From Anaerolineaceae bacterium UBA6105 (GTDB lineage: Bacteria; Chloroflexota; Anaerolineae; Anaerolineales; Anaerolineaceae): a stretch of DNA of 64,000 nucleotides. Within the stretch, counting starts at the first letter, position 1. Every line of letters begins with the position of its first letter. The notes beneath the pieces are model-generated. The model was not told the DNA's origin and did not search any database. It saw nothing but the letters and a program-made list of their open reading frames with translations. The position numbers were made by a program, and so were the translations under genes. Shown in pieces: positions 9,527 to 18,331 of this stretch. Where the stretch lies: positions 4,080 through 68,079 of the forward strand of contig DIWN01000058.1 in NCBI GenBank assembly GCA_002423495.1, in the 5' to 3' direction.

Positions 9527-11413
9527 ATGCACGGATATAGTGGAAAAATCCTTCATATTGACCTGAAAACGAAGAAAAATTGGGTCGAAACCAAACCAGA
9601 GGAATGGTACAAAATTTACATCGGTGGGGTCTCAATGGCTTCACGGCTCTTATGGGAAAATATCACTCCCGGCTGCGATCCACTCGACGACGGCAACCCC
9701 ATTTGCATTGCAAATGGCATCTTCACCGGCACACCGGTGCCTGTTGGCGGCAAATTTGGTCTGGCTTCCAAATCGCCCCTCACCGGCTTCATCGGCGATA
9801 GTCTTTCCGGCAGCTGGTTCTCTATCGCATTGAAACGCGCTGGCTGGGACGGGCTGGTGTTGCACAACAGTTGCGACAGCTGGACTCAGCTTTTTATTGA
9901 TGACGAGCGCGTGCAGTTCAACGATGCCACTTACCTGCTCGGCAAAGGCACCTACGAAACCGAAGAAGCCATTCGCGCAAAACTCGGCGATGAACAGATC
10001 CGTTCCTGCACCATCGGTCCTTGCGGCGAAAATCTGGTGCGTTTTGCCAACGTCACCAATGATGGCCGCCAGGCTGGTCGTACCGGTCATGGCATGATTT
10101 GGGGGCATAAAAAACTCAAGGCAGTTTCTGTGCGTGGTACTCGCGGCGTAACCGTCTACGATCCCAAAACGCTCAATCAACTTTCTTTTGATATTTCCAA
10201 GAGTGCGCAAGGCAAAGACACTGAAAAATACCGCATTTACGGTACCTCCACCGGTTTACTATCCACTAACAAAATGGGCGTCTTACCTACCCGCAATTTC
10301 CAGGAAGGCGTTTTTGAGGATGCCGAACTAGTCAGCGGTGAATACTTGGATAAGCATCACAAAGTCAAGGTGATTGCTTGTGCCCAGTGCCCCATTGCCT
10401 GTGAGCAAATGTCGTTGGTCAAGACCGGACCCTTTGCTGGCGCGATGACAGGTATTGAATACGAATGTCTCTTTGCCAACAGTTCCAACCTGGGCATCTC
10501 GGATATCCGATCCTCCATCAAGCTCATCACCCTTGCGGACCACGATGGGATGGATGCCATCACCATGGGCGGCACAATCGGATGGGCGATGGAATGCTAC
10601 GAGCGAGGCGTGCTGAAGAAGGAAGACTTTGCCAGCAAAGCTCACCCCGAAGGGCTCGAATTAAACTTCGGCAATGGCGAAGCCGCTGTTGCCCTGGCTG
10701 AAATGATCCGTGATCAGGAAGGGATCGGAAAAATTCTTGCCCAGGGAACCCGCATCGCCAGCAGAACTATTGACGAGGAACGCGGGACAGAGACATTCAA
10801 ATGGGCTATGAACACTAAAGGTCTTGAAGCCGCTGGTTACGACGCACGCGCGCTCAAGACGTTTGCCGTCGGGCTTGCCACTGGCACCCGCGGCGGCTGC
10901 CACAATCGCTCTGCTGCATACGATCCGGACATGAAAGGCGAAACCAACCGTCTGACTGTTGATGAAACCCGCGGTCGGGTTGCAGCAGACTCAGAAGAAT
11001 ATGCTGCCGTTTACGACACTCTGCCCCTGTGCAAGTTCATCCGGCGCTGTTTCACCGGTAAAGCCGACCGGGCTGGTGCATGGCCTGCCATCGCCAAACT
11101 GATCAATGCCACTACTGGCTGGGACTTTGATTACGATGCCGTTGATTTGATCGGTGTGCGCGCTTGCACTATCAAAAAAGCTTTCAACATTCGCGAAGGC
11201 TGGACTGAGAAAGATGATGACTTGCCCTGGCGATGGAAGCACGACCCCTTCACTAAAGGTCCCAGTGCAGGCGTATTTGTGACCGATGAAGAACTTGAAT
11301 ATATGAAAGACCTTTATTACAAGGCCAAAGGCTGGACCGAGGAAGGTATGATCCCCAAAGAACTATTGATCAAACTCGGCATGTCCGACGTGGCTGAAGA
11401 AATCGGAGTCTAA
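9527..11413 (+). CDS. aor: tungsten-type aldehyde:ferredoxin oxidoreductase family protein
   Basis: Full-length AOR-family similarity (KSPLTGF, CAQCPIAC cluster motif, GIEYE, TRGGCH); SD AGGAG upstream. Confidence 0.9.
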   Translation: MHGYSGKILHIDLKTKKNWVETKPEEWYKIYIGGVSMASRLLWENITPGCDPLDDGNPICIANGIFTGTPVPVGGKFGLASKSPLTGFIGDSLSGSWFSIALKRAGWDGLVLHNSCDSWTQLFIDDERVQFNDATYLLGKGTYETEEAIRAKLGDEQIRSCTIGPCGENLVRFANVTNDGRQAGRTGHGMIWGHKKLKAVSVRGTRGVTVYDPKTLNQLSFDISKSAQGKDTEKYRIYGTSTGLLSTNKMGVLPTRNFQEGVFEDAELVSGEYLDKHHKVKVIACAQCPIACEQMSLVKTGPFAGAMTGIEYECLFANSSNLGISDIRSSIKLITLADHDGMDAITMGGTIGWAMECYERGVLKKEDFASKAHPEGLELNFGNGEAAVALAEMIRDQEGIGKILAQGTRIASRTIDEERGTETFKWAMNTKGLEAAGYDARALKTFAVGLATGTRGGCHNRSAAYDPDMKGETNRLTVDETRGRVAADSEEYAAVYDTLPLCKFIRRCFTGKADRAGAWPAIAKLINATTGWDFDYDAVDLIGVRACTIKKAFNIREGWTEKDDDLPWRWKHDPFTKGPSAGVFVTDEELEYMKDLYYKAKGWTEEGMIPKELLIKLGMSDVAEEIGV

Positions 11414-11423
11414 CGAGGAGCTT

Positions 11424-11936
11424 ATGGCAACCAGTACATCAAAATATGCATATATCGATTGCGATCCCAACCTTTGCGTGGGCTGTCAACTGTGTGAATA
11501 CATTTGTGCGTTCACAAAAACTGGAGAATACAACTCTTATCGCAGCCGCATCCGCACTGTTCGCGTTGATGAAGTCCTCATCACCGCCATCGCCTGCCGC
11601 ACCTGCGAAAACGCTCCCTGCGTGATTGTCTGCCCGCGCGATGCCCTGACCCAGGACCCTGTCACCGGCATCATCGACGTCAACGCCAGCAAGTGTGATG
11701 GCTGCGCCTGGTGCATCGAAGCCTGCGACTTCGGCGCCATCTCCATCAACCCGCAAACCACTCTGGCAGAGATCTGCGACCAGTGCAGGGACGAACCAGA
11801 TGGACCTCAGTGTGTAAAGTGGTGCCCCAAAGAAGCGCTCACCCTGACCACACCCGACCAGCGTGCCCAGAAGACTCGCCGCAATCTGATTACCGAATCT
11901 TTAAATATGCCCCAGAAAGCAACGGATCCTAAATGA
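11424..11936 (+). CDS. 4Fe-4S multi-cluster ferredoxin-type subunit (AOR partner; BamC/AorA-like size)
   Basis: Four Cys clusters: CVGCQLCEYIC, CRTCENAPCVIVCP, CDGCAWCIEAC, CDQC...CVKWCP. Confidence 0.8.
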   Translation: MATSTSKYAYIDCDPNLCVGCQLCEYICAFTKTGEYNSYRSRIRTVRVDEVLITAIACRTCENAPCVIVCPRDALTQDPVTGIIDVNASKCDGCAWCIEACDFGAISINPQTTLAEICDQCRDEPDGPQCVKWCPKEALTLTTPDQRAQKTRRNLITESLNMPQKATDPK

Positions 11937-14470
11937 GTGAAGACCCCATCACCAAGAGCCATGCCGCGGACTTCCCTGAGGATGAGCCGCGCATTGGTGT
12001 TTACGTCTGCCATTGCGGCAGTAACATTGCCGGCGTCATTCCCCCGGAAGAAGTCGTGGATTTTGCCGGCAAACTTCCTGGCGTCGTTCGTTCGATCGAT
12101 ACCATGTATGCCTGTGCCGACAGCGGTCAGCGTCTCATCAAAGAAGACATTGCCAAGTACGGCCTGAATCGCGTTGTTGTTGCAGCTTGTTCAGTGCGCA
12201 TGCACGAACCGACTTTCCGAGGTTGCGTGGCTGAAGCTGGTATAAACCCATTCCTGATGGAAATGGCGAACATCCGCGAGCAGTGCACCTGGGCGCATGG
12301 ACACGACCGTGCAGGCGCGCTTGAAAAAGCCAAAGACCTCACCGCAGCGGCAGTTGCAAAAGCCACATTCCTGACCCCGCTGGATATGATCAAAGTGCCC
12401 GTCACCAAACGCGCCTTGGTCATCGGCGGAGGTGTGGCTGGCATCACCGCAGCTCTCGACCTAGCTGAACAGAACATTCCGGTCACCTTAGTAGAAAAAG
12501 AACCAACGATTGGAGGGGTCATGGCGCAACTTAACAAGACCTTTCCAACGATGGACTGCAGTATATGAATTCTTGCACCAAAAATGGTTGACGCGGCGCG
12601 TCAGCCCCTGATCGAAGTAAAGACCTTTACCGAAGTTGAAAAAGTCGAAGGATATGTCGGCAATTTTGTTGTGACCCTTAGGGAAAAAGCCAAGTATGTG
12701 CGTGCTGACCGCTGCAATGGCTGCGGCGCCTGCACCAAGGCTTGCCCAATTGAAATCCCCAACTACTTTGAAATGGACCTTGCTCCGCGCAAGGCCGCGT
12801 ATATCCCCATGAGCCAGGCAGTGCCTCTCATTTACAACATCGACATGGACGCCTGTATCCATTGCTATAAATGTGTGGAAGCCTGCGGAGCCCTCGAAGC
12901 AATTGACTTCAGCATGGAAGACAAACTGGTGGAGCAGGAAATAGGCGCGATCGTGGTTGCCACCGGCTTCGGTCACTTTGACCCAACCCCCATGACCGAA
13001 TATGGTTATGGTCGCTTCCCTAATGTAATTACCGCTATGGAGATGGAAAGGTTGAATAACTCAGCCGGACCTACCAACGGCACCCTGATCCGCCCAAGTG
13101 ATGGAAAAGAACCGAAACGGATTGCTATCATCAATTGCGTCGGTTCACGAGACAAGCGCTTCAACCCAGGCTGCTCAAACTTCTGCTGCATGTACGCGAT
13201 AAAAAACGCGCTGTTGCTCAAGCAAATGCATCCCGATAATGAGATTTCAATCTACTACATCGACATCCGCACTCCCTCCAAGGGTTACGAAGAATTCTAT
13301 GACCGGGCACGCGAATCCGGCATCCACTTTATCCAGGGACGCCCTGCTGAAATCACGGAAAATCCCGATTCACACCAGCTCTTCATTGCCTCGGAAGATA
13401 TTGCGCTCGGAAAGGTAATTGAACGCGAGTATGACATGGTCATGCTCAATCAAGCCGCCATTCCCCAACCCGACCAGAACCACATGAGCTCCGTGCTGAA
13501 CGTGGCTCAGTCCCCCGGCGGTTGGTTCATGGAATATCACCCCAAATTGCGCCCAATGGACAGCCCCACCGACGGTATATTCTTCGCCGGCGCTAACCTG
13601 GGTCCCAAAGATATCCCGGCCAGCGTCGCCCAGGGTTCCGCAGCTGCCTCGCGCGCTTCGCGCATTCTGCACTCCGACAGCTGGCAGATCGAACCTACCG
13701 TAGCTGTGGTCTGGCCGGATCGCTGCGTCAGCGCCGATGGTCAAGCTTGTGGCATTTGTGCCCGCGCCTGCCCCTATGGTGCCATCGATTACACCAAGGG
13801 TCTCGCGGCGGAAGTGATCACGGCCAAGTGCCACGGTTGTGGCGCCTGTGTTGGCGAATGTCCGCATAACGCAATCACCCAACTCCACTACACCGACGCC
13901 CAGGTACTGGCACAAATCCGTACCCTGTTGGCAACTGAACCGGAGAAGAAAATTCTTGCTTTCCGCTGCCAGTGGTGCTCCTATGGCGGCGCAGACCTTG
14001 CCGGTACTTCGCATTTTGAATATAGCGCCAATGAACGTGGATTGCGCGTGATGTGTTCAGCGCGTATGGATGCTGACCTGATCTACGAGGCTTACCGCCT
14101 CGGTGCTGGTGGGATCCTCTATTCGGGATGTCATCCGCAGGACTGCCACTACATCACCGGTCAGATTGTCGGCGCTAAACGTGCAGCGCGGCTTGAAAAA
14201 ATGTTTGAGCGCATGCAAATGAGCCCGGGTCGCTTCCGCGTAGAGTGGATCAGCGCGGCTGAAGGCGATAAATATGCCCGTGTCATCAACGAAATGCAAG
14301 CCGCATTGGATGAAATTCCCGAGGATGTCCTCAAGGCCGAAATCGAACGCCTGCGCCCTGAAATGGCTAAGAAACTTGCCAAGCTGGATGATATTCCTGG
14401 TGTAGCTCAAGCAATGGTACAAGTCGACTTCATCGTCGAAGAAATGATTGGCAAGGAGAAAGTCGCATGA
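11933..14470 (+). CDS. hdrA: HdrA-like FAD/Fe-S flavoprotein with fused C-terminal MvhD-like domain; selenocysteine at in-frame TGA 12566-12568
   Basis: ORFs 11933..12568 and 12584..14470 are in the same frame. Read-through gives FPTMDCSI-U-ILAPKMV, the conserved HdrA motif. GGGVAGITAALDLA is the FAD fold. C-terminal AFRCQWCSYGGADLAG...YSGCHPQDCHY is MvhD-like. Confidence 0.8.
12586..12606 (+). promoter_or_regulatory. candidate bacterial SECIS stem-loop
   Basis: GGUUGACGC-GGC-GCGUCAGCC (one G-U pair), starting 17 nt after the UGA. Confidence 0.5.
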
Positions 14471-15060
14471 GTGGTTTTGCTGACCCCTACGCCCTTTCCG
14501 AACGCGTAAAAGCTATTCCTGGAGGGGACATGCTGATGATGTGCTATTCGTGTGGCACCTGCACCAGCAAATGCATGATCCAGACCAAACTTGAGAGCAG
14601 TTACAACCCGCGGCGCCTGATCCGTGAAGCAGTTTTCAACATGGACGATGCCGCCTTTGCAGACAAAACCACCTGGCTTTGCACCGCCTGTGACCTCTGT
14701 TACCCCGCCTGCCCGCAAAAAATCCACATTTCCGGCGTTATCAACGCAGTCAAGGCGCTGGCAGTCGAAAGTGGAAAAAAGACGCCCTACCAGGTTGCCA
14801 AAGTGGATGAATCCACCTGTGTCGCCTGCGGTTTGTGCGAAAAGATCTGCCCCTACGAAGCGATCAGCCTGGTTGAAAAGCGGGTTCCCTTCCGCGGTAA
14901 CATCACGGTTGCCTCTGTAGACTCGGGTAAATGCATGGCTTGCGGGTTGTGCACTGCTGCCTGTCGTTCGACTTCCATTCGCCTGACTGAGGAATACAAT
15001 GATGTCGAATTGATCAATTCGCTCTGGTCCTGGTTAGAAACAGAAAGGGTATCCTCATGA
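14467..15060 (+). CDS. HdrC-like 2x[4Fe-4S] domain fused to a second 2x[4Fe-4S] ferredoxin domain
   Basis: CYSCGTCTSKC...CTACDLCYPACP, then CVACGLCEKICP...CMACGLCTAACR. ATGA overlap with hdrA. Confidence 0.7.
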   Translation: MSGFADPYALSERVKAIPGGDMLMMCYSCGTCTSKCMIQTKLESSYNPRRLIREAVFNMDDAAFADKTTWLCTACDLCYPACPQKIHISGVINAVKALAVESGKKTPYQVAKVDESTCVACGLCEKICPYEAISLVEKRVPFRGNITVASVDSGKCMACGLCTAACRSTSIRLTEEYNDVELINSLWSWLETERVSS

Positions 15061-15497
15061 GCGAGACCCCTAAATTAGTTCTTTTTCAATGCCAATGGTG
15101 CCTTTTTTCGCCAGATGACCAGCAATGGGTCGACCATCAACTGCCTGAAAACATCCATCTTATAAAAGTTCCCTGCACCGGCCGCATCAATCCGCTTTAT
15201 ATTCTGAATGCAGTTCAGGGTGGCGCGGATGGCGTCATGGTCAGCGGTTGTCTGCCCGAACAGTGCCATTTCAAAACTGGCAACATTGGAGCCCGCCGGC
15301 AGTTGGAAGAGTTTTCCGATTATCTTGATCACATCGGCTATGAACAGAACAGGATACGTTTCCTCTGGCTGGATCTACAGGACAGGGGAATCATCCAGAA
15401 GGAACTGGCTGCCTTTGAGGCGCAAATAAAAGCGCTCGGACCTGCCCACAACCTTGCCACGCGCGTCACCGAACCAGCTGGAGGTGCCAATGCATGA
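15057..15497 (+). CDS. MvhD/FlxD-like protein
   Basis: FQCQWC...VPCTGRINPLYILNAVQGGADGVMVSGCLPEQCHF. ATGA overlap upstream. Confidence 0.8.
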   Translation: MSETPKLVLFQCQWCLFSPDDQQWVDHQLPENIHLIKVPCTGRINPLYILNAVQGGADGVMVSGCLPEQCHFKTGNIGARRQLEEFSDYLDHIGYEQNRIRFLWLDLQDRGIIQKELAAFEAQIKALGPAHNLATRVTEPAGGANA

Positions 15498-16443
15498 TTT
15501 AGACGCCCTCAAAGCTGAAGCCAAACGTCTTCTTGAGGAAGGTGTGGTGGAAATGATCATTGGCTTCAAAGCCGGCGATACTCCCCTCCACCCGCAGCCA
15601 GCGTTCTTCAAAACACCTGAAGAAGTGGATCAGCTTGTATACAACGCGCTTTGCCAGAACAATCTTGCCACCTACCTCACCCGCTTTCCAAAGACCCTGA
15701 AAATCGGCATGTTAGTGCGGGGCTGTGAGAACCGTTCTGTAAATGCCCTCGTTTTCGAAGGGCAGCATCCCAGGGAGGCTCTCTATCTGATCGGTGTTCC
15801 TTGCGAAGGCATCATCGACTGGCGAAAGATTGTCGCGCAAGCCGGTGAAGAGGTGATCAGCGTCACTGAACAGAGCGATAACACCATTTTGGTCGAATCG
15901 AAGTCAGGCTTCTTTACCCTCGAGAAAAACACCCTGCTACACGAAAGCTGCGCACGCTGCATTCATCCGAACCCTGTTTCTGCTGATATCGTCATCGGCG
16001 AACTTCTGCCCGAAGGCGATCCCGCCCTGGCGCGCGAGCAGGTTGCCGCTTTTGCGGAGCTCTCCCTGCCGGAAAGGTATGCCTGGTTTCGCCAGGAAGC
16101 AGAGCGCTGCATCCGTTGTTACGCCTGCCGTGAAGCCTGCCCGATGTGTTATTGCGAAGAGTGTTTTGTGGATCACATCTCCCCGCGTTGGACCGAAAGC
16201 GGCACAACCCCTGCTGGCATGCAAGGCTGGCATATTGTGCGCGCCTTCCATCAAACCGGACGCTGCACCAGTTGCGGCGCTTGCGAACGCGCTTGCCCGA
16301 TGGACATCAAGATGACTTATCTGACTGAGAAACTCAATGAAGATATGCGACAAAAGTACAACTTCGAAGTCGGGATGGACACCACCACTCCACCGCCATT
16401 CTCGACCATCACCCTGGACGATAAGTCCCGCTTTGTGGTTTGA
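15490..16443 (+). CDS. Fe-S subunit, FlxB/FlxC-like
   Basis: CIRCYACREACPMCYC and CTSCGACERACP motifs. Start moved to ATG 15490 (GGAGG upstream, 8-nt overlap) instead of track start 15454. Confidence 0.6.
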   Translation: MHDLDALKAEAKRLLEEGVVEMIIGFKAGDTPLHPQPAFFKTPEEVDQLVYNALCQNNLATYLTRFPKTLKIGMLVRGCENRSVNALVFEGQHPREALYLIGVPCEGIIDWRKIVAQAGEEVISVTEQSDNTILVESKSGFFTLEKNTLLHESCARCIHPNPVSADIVIGELLPEGDPALAREQVAAFAELSLPERYAWFRQEAERCIRCYACREACPMCYCEECFVDHISPRWTESGTTPAGMQGWHIVRAFHQTGRCTSCGACERACPMDIKMTYLTEKLNEDMRQKYNFEVGMDTTTPPPFSTITLDDKSRFVV

Positions 16444-16454
16444 GGAGAGCCAAC

Positions 16455-17474
16455 ATGAACCTTATCCTCAAAAAAGACCAACTCAATCACCTGCTTAATT
16501 CCTGGCGCCAGGATTATGAAGTTTACGCCCCGCAAGCTCTGCAAAATTACACCCATTTTCTGCCGCTGCAGGATGGTTTTGAACTTGCCTTCGATAAAGC
16601 CCACAACACGCGCATTCCGCCAAAAGCCCTCTTTTTACCGACATCGGAGGCACTGCTAAAATTTACAAAATTTGGCGGATACGAACAAGTCCCACTTGAA
16701 ACTGCTCCTCGTATCATCTTTGGCATCCGTCCCTGTGACGCGCATGCTATGACCATGCTCGACACCGTCTTTGAGCAGGAACGCTACACAGACCCTCACT
16801 GGAAAGCCCGCCGCGATGCCACGCTTTTGGTCGGCCTTGGCTGCCACGAACCCTGCCAGACTGGTTTCTGCACCACAGTCGGCTCAGGTCCCTTCAACCA
16901 CGCCGGTCTGGACGCGATCCTGACCGACCTCGGTGAGATTTTCCTGGTTGAAACGCTGACTGAGAAAGGTGAACAACTTTTCACCCAACTTGAAACTGCC
17001 ACTGAGGAGCAAAGCAAACAAGCAAGCGAGGTGCAGCAAGCTGCCGCAGCAAGCATGCCAATTGCCTTTGAAACGGAAGGGTTGAAAGAAAAACTCGATC
17101 AAAACTTCGACAGTCCCTATTGGGAAGAAATTTCGCGCTCCTGTCTTGGCTGCGGGGTGTGCACGTTCCTCTGCCCCACCTGCTTCTGCTTCGACATCGT
17201 CGACGAAGCCCAACGCGGCGAACGCGTGCGCAACTGGGACACCTGCATGTTCCGCACTTACTCGCTCGAAGCGTCCGGGCACAATCCGCGCCCCAGTCGT
17301 GTGGAGCGGACACGGCAGCGCCTGAGTCACAAATACACCCATTGGGTGGATCAAATCAACCAGATCGGCTGCACCGGTTGCGGTCGCTGCGTGCGATACT
17401 GCCCGGTCGGTCTGGATATTCGCGCTATGCTGCGCAAAGCAAGTCAACTTCCAAGTGAGGTAGCCCATGTCTAA
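16455..17474 (+). CDS. Fe-S subunit, sulfhydrogenase-beta/AsrA/FlxB-like
   Basis: CLGCGVCTFLCPTCFCFD and CTGCGRCVRYCPVGLDI. GAGGAG lies before ATG 16455. Confidence 0.65.
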   Translation: MNLILKKDQLNHLLNSWRQDYEVYAPQALQNYTHFLPLQDGFELAFDKAHNTRIPPKALFLPTSEALLKFTKFGGYEQVPLETAPRIIFGIRPCDAHAMTMLDTVFEQERYTDPHWKARRDATLLVGLGCHEPCQTGFCTTVGSGPFNHAGLDAILTDLGEIFLVETLTEKGEQLFTQLETATEEQSKQASEVQQAAAASMPIAFETEGLKEKLDQNFDSPYWEEISRSCLGCGVCTFLCPTCFCFDIVDEAQRGERVRNWDTCMFRTYSLEASGHNPRPSRVERTRQRLSHKYTHWVDQINQIGCTGCGRCVRYCPVGLDIRAMLRKASQLPSEVAHV

Positions 17475-18324
17475 TGAGGCTCACAGTCCTTATCTGCCTA
17501 TTCCCATGCATGTTTTGCATGCCTATTACGAGTCTAATGACCGCTCCCTCAAAACCCTGGAGCTGAGTTTTGACGACCCCCAGGATGCCCGCGAATTCTT
17601 CGCTGCCTACAACCCGGGTCAATTCTGCCTGTTGAGCGTTATTGGCAAGGGAGAATCCGCTCTCGGAATTGCCAGTGCTGCCTGGGAAGGGGACTTCGTG
17701 CGCTTTACCATCCAAAAGATGGGTTCTGTCACAACTGCACTGCATGAACTCAAACCCGGCGATCCGATAGGTATTCGTGGACCGCTTGGCAACGGTTTCC
17801 CGCTGGAAGACTGGAAGGGCAAGAACCTGGTCATCATTGGCGGCGGTTGTGCTTTCTCAACCCTATACGCCCTCACAAAACATCTGCACCATCCCTCCAA
17901 TCGCGGGGATTACGGCAAAATGACTGTCATTTACGGAACACGCACCTCTGGTCTGTGCATGTACAAGCAGGATATTGCCGCCTGGCATCAGCGGGATGAC
18001 ATGGAAGTGCATCAAGCCATTGACGTCCCGGAGCAGGATTGGCTTCACCATGTTGGCTATGTGCCTGATGTGGTCAAAGAGGTCAAACCATCTCCAGTCA
18101 ATAGCGTGGCAGTCGTTTGTGGTCCTCCCATCATGACCAAATACACCCTGCCAGCACTCGTCGAGCTTGGTTTCACCCCCGAAACCATTTTCACCTCGCT
18201 CGAAAAACGCATGAAATGCGGCGTCGGCAAGTGTGGTCGCTGCAATCTTGGTCCAAAATACATCTGCAAAGACGGTCCGGTCTTCAGCCTCGCTGAACTC
18301 AACGACCTGCCGGCAGACCTTTAG
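17467..18324 (+). CDS. FAD/NAD(P)H-binding [2Fe-2S] oxidoreductase, PyrK/AsrB/sulfhydrogenase-gamma/FlxA-like
   Basis: FAD-binding-like VRFTIQ, GGGCAFS nucleotide fold, C-terminal CGVGKCGRCNLGPKYICKDGPVF. Confidence 0.8.
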   Translation: MSNEAHSPYLPIPMHVLHAYYESNDRSLKTLELSFDDPQDAREFFAAYNPGQFCLLSVIGKGESALGIASAAWEGDFVRFTIQKMGSVTTALHELKPGDPIGIRGPLGNGFPLEDWKGKNLVIIGGGCAFSTLYALTKHLHHPSNRGDYGKMTVIYGTRTSGLCMYKQDIAAWHQRDDMEVHQAIDVPEQDWLHHVGYVPDVVKEVKPSPVNSVAVVCGPPIMTKYTLPALVELGFTPETIFTSLEKRMKCGVGKCGRCNLGPKYICKDGPVFSLAELNDLPADL

Positions 18325-18331
18325 GAGAAAA

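Noticed and set aside
12566-12583. hdrA as a pseudogene or two separate genes split by a stop codon
   Set aside because: Both ORFs share one frame. The 15 nt between them translate to the conserved ILAPK segment. The TGA sits exactly at a conserved Cys/Sec position, with a downstream hairpin. Selenocysteine recoding is the simpler explanation.
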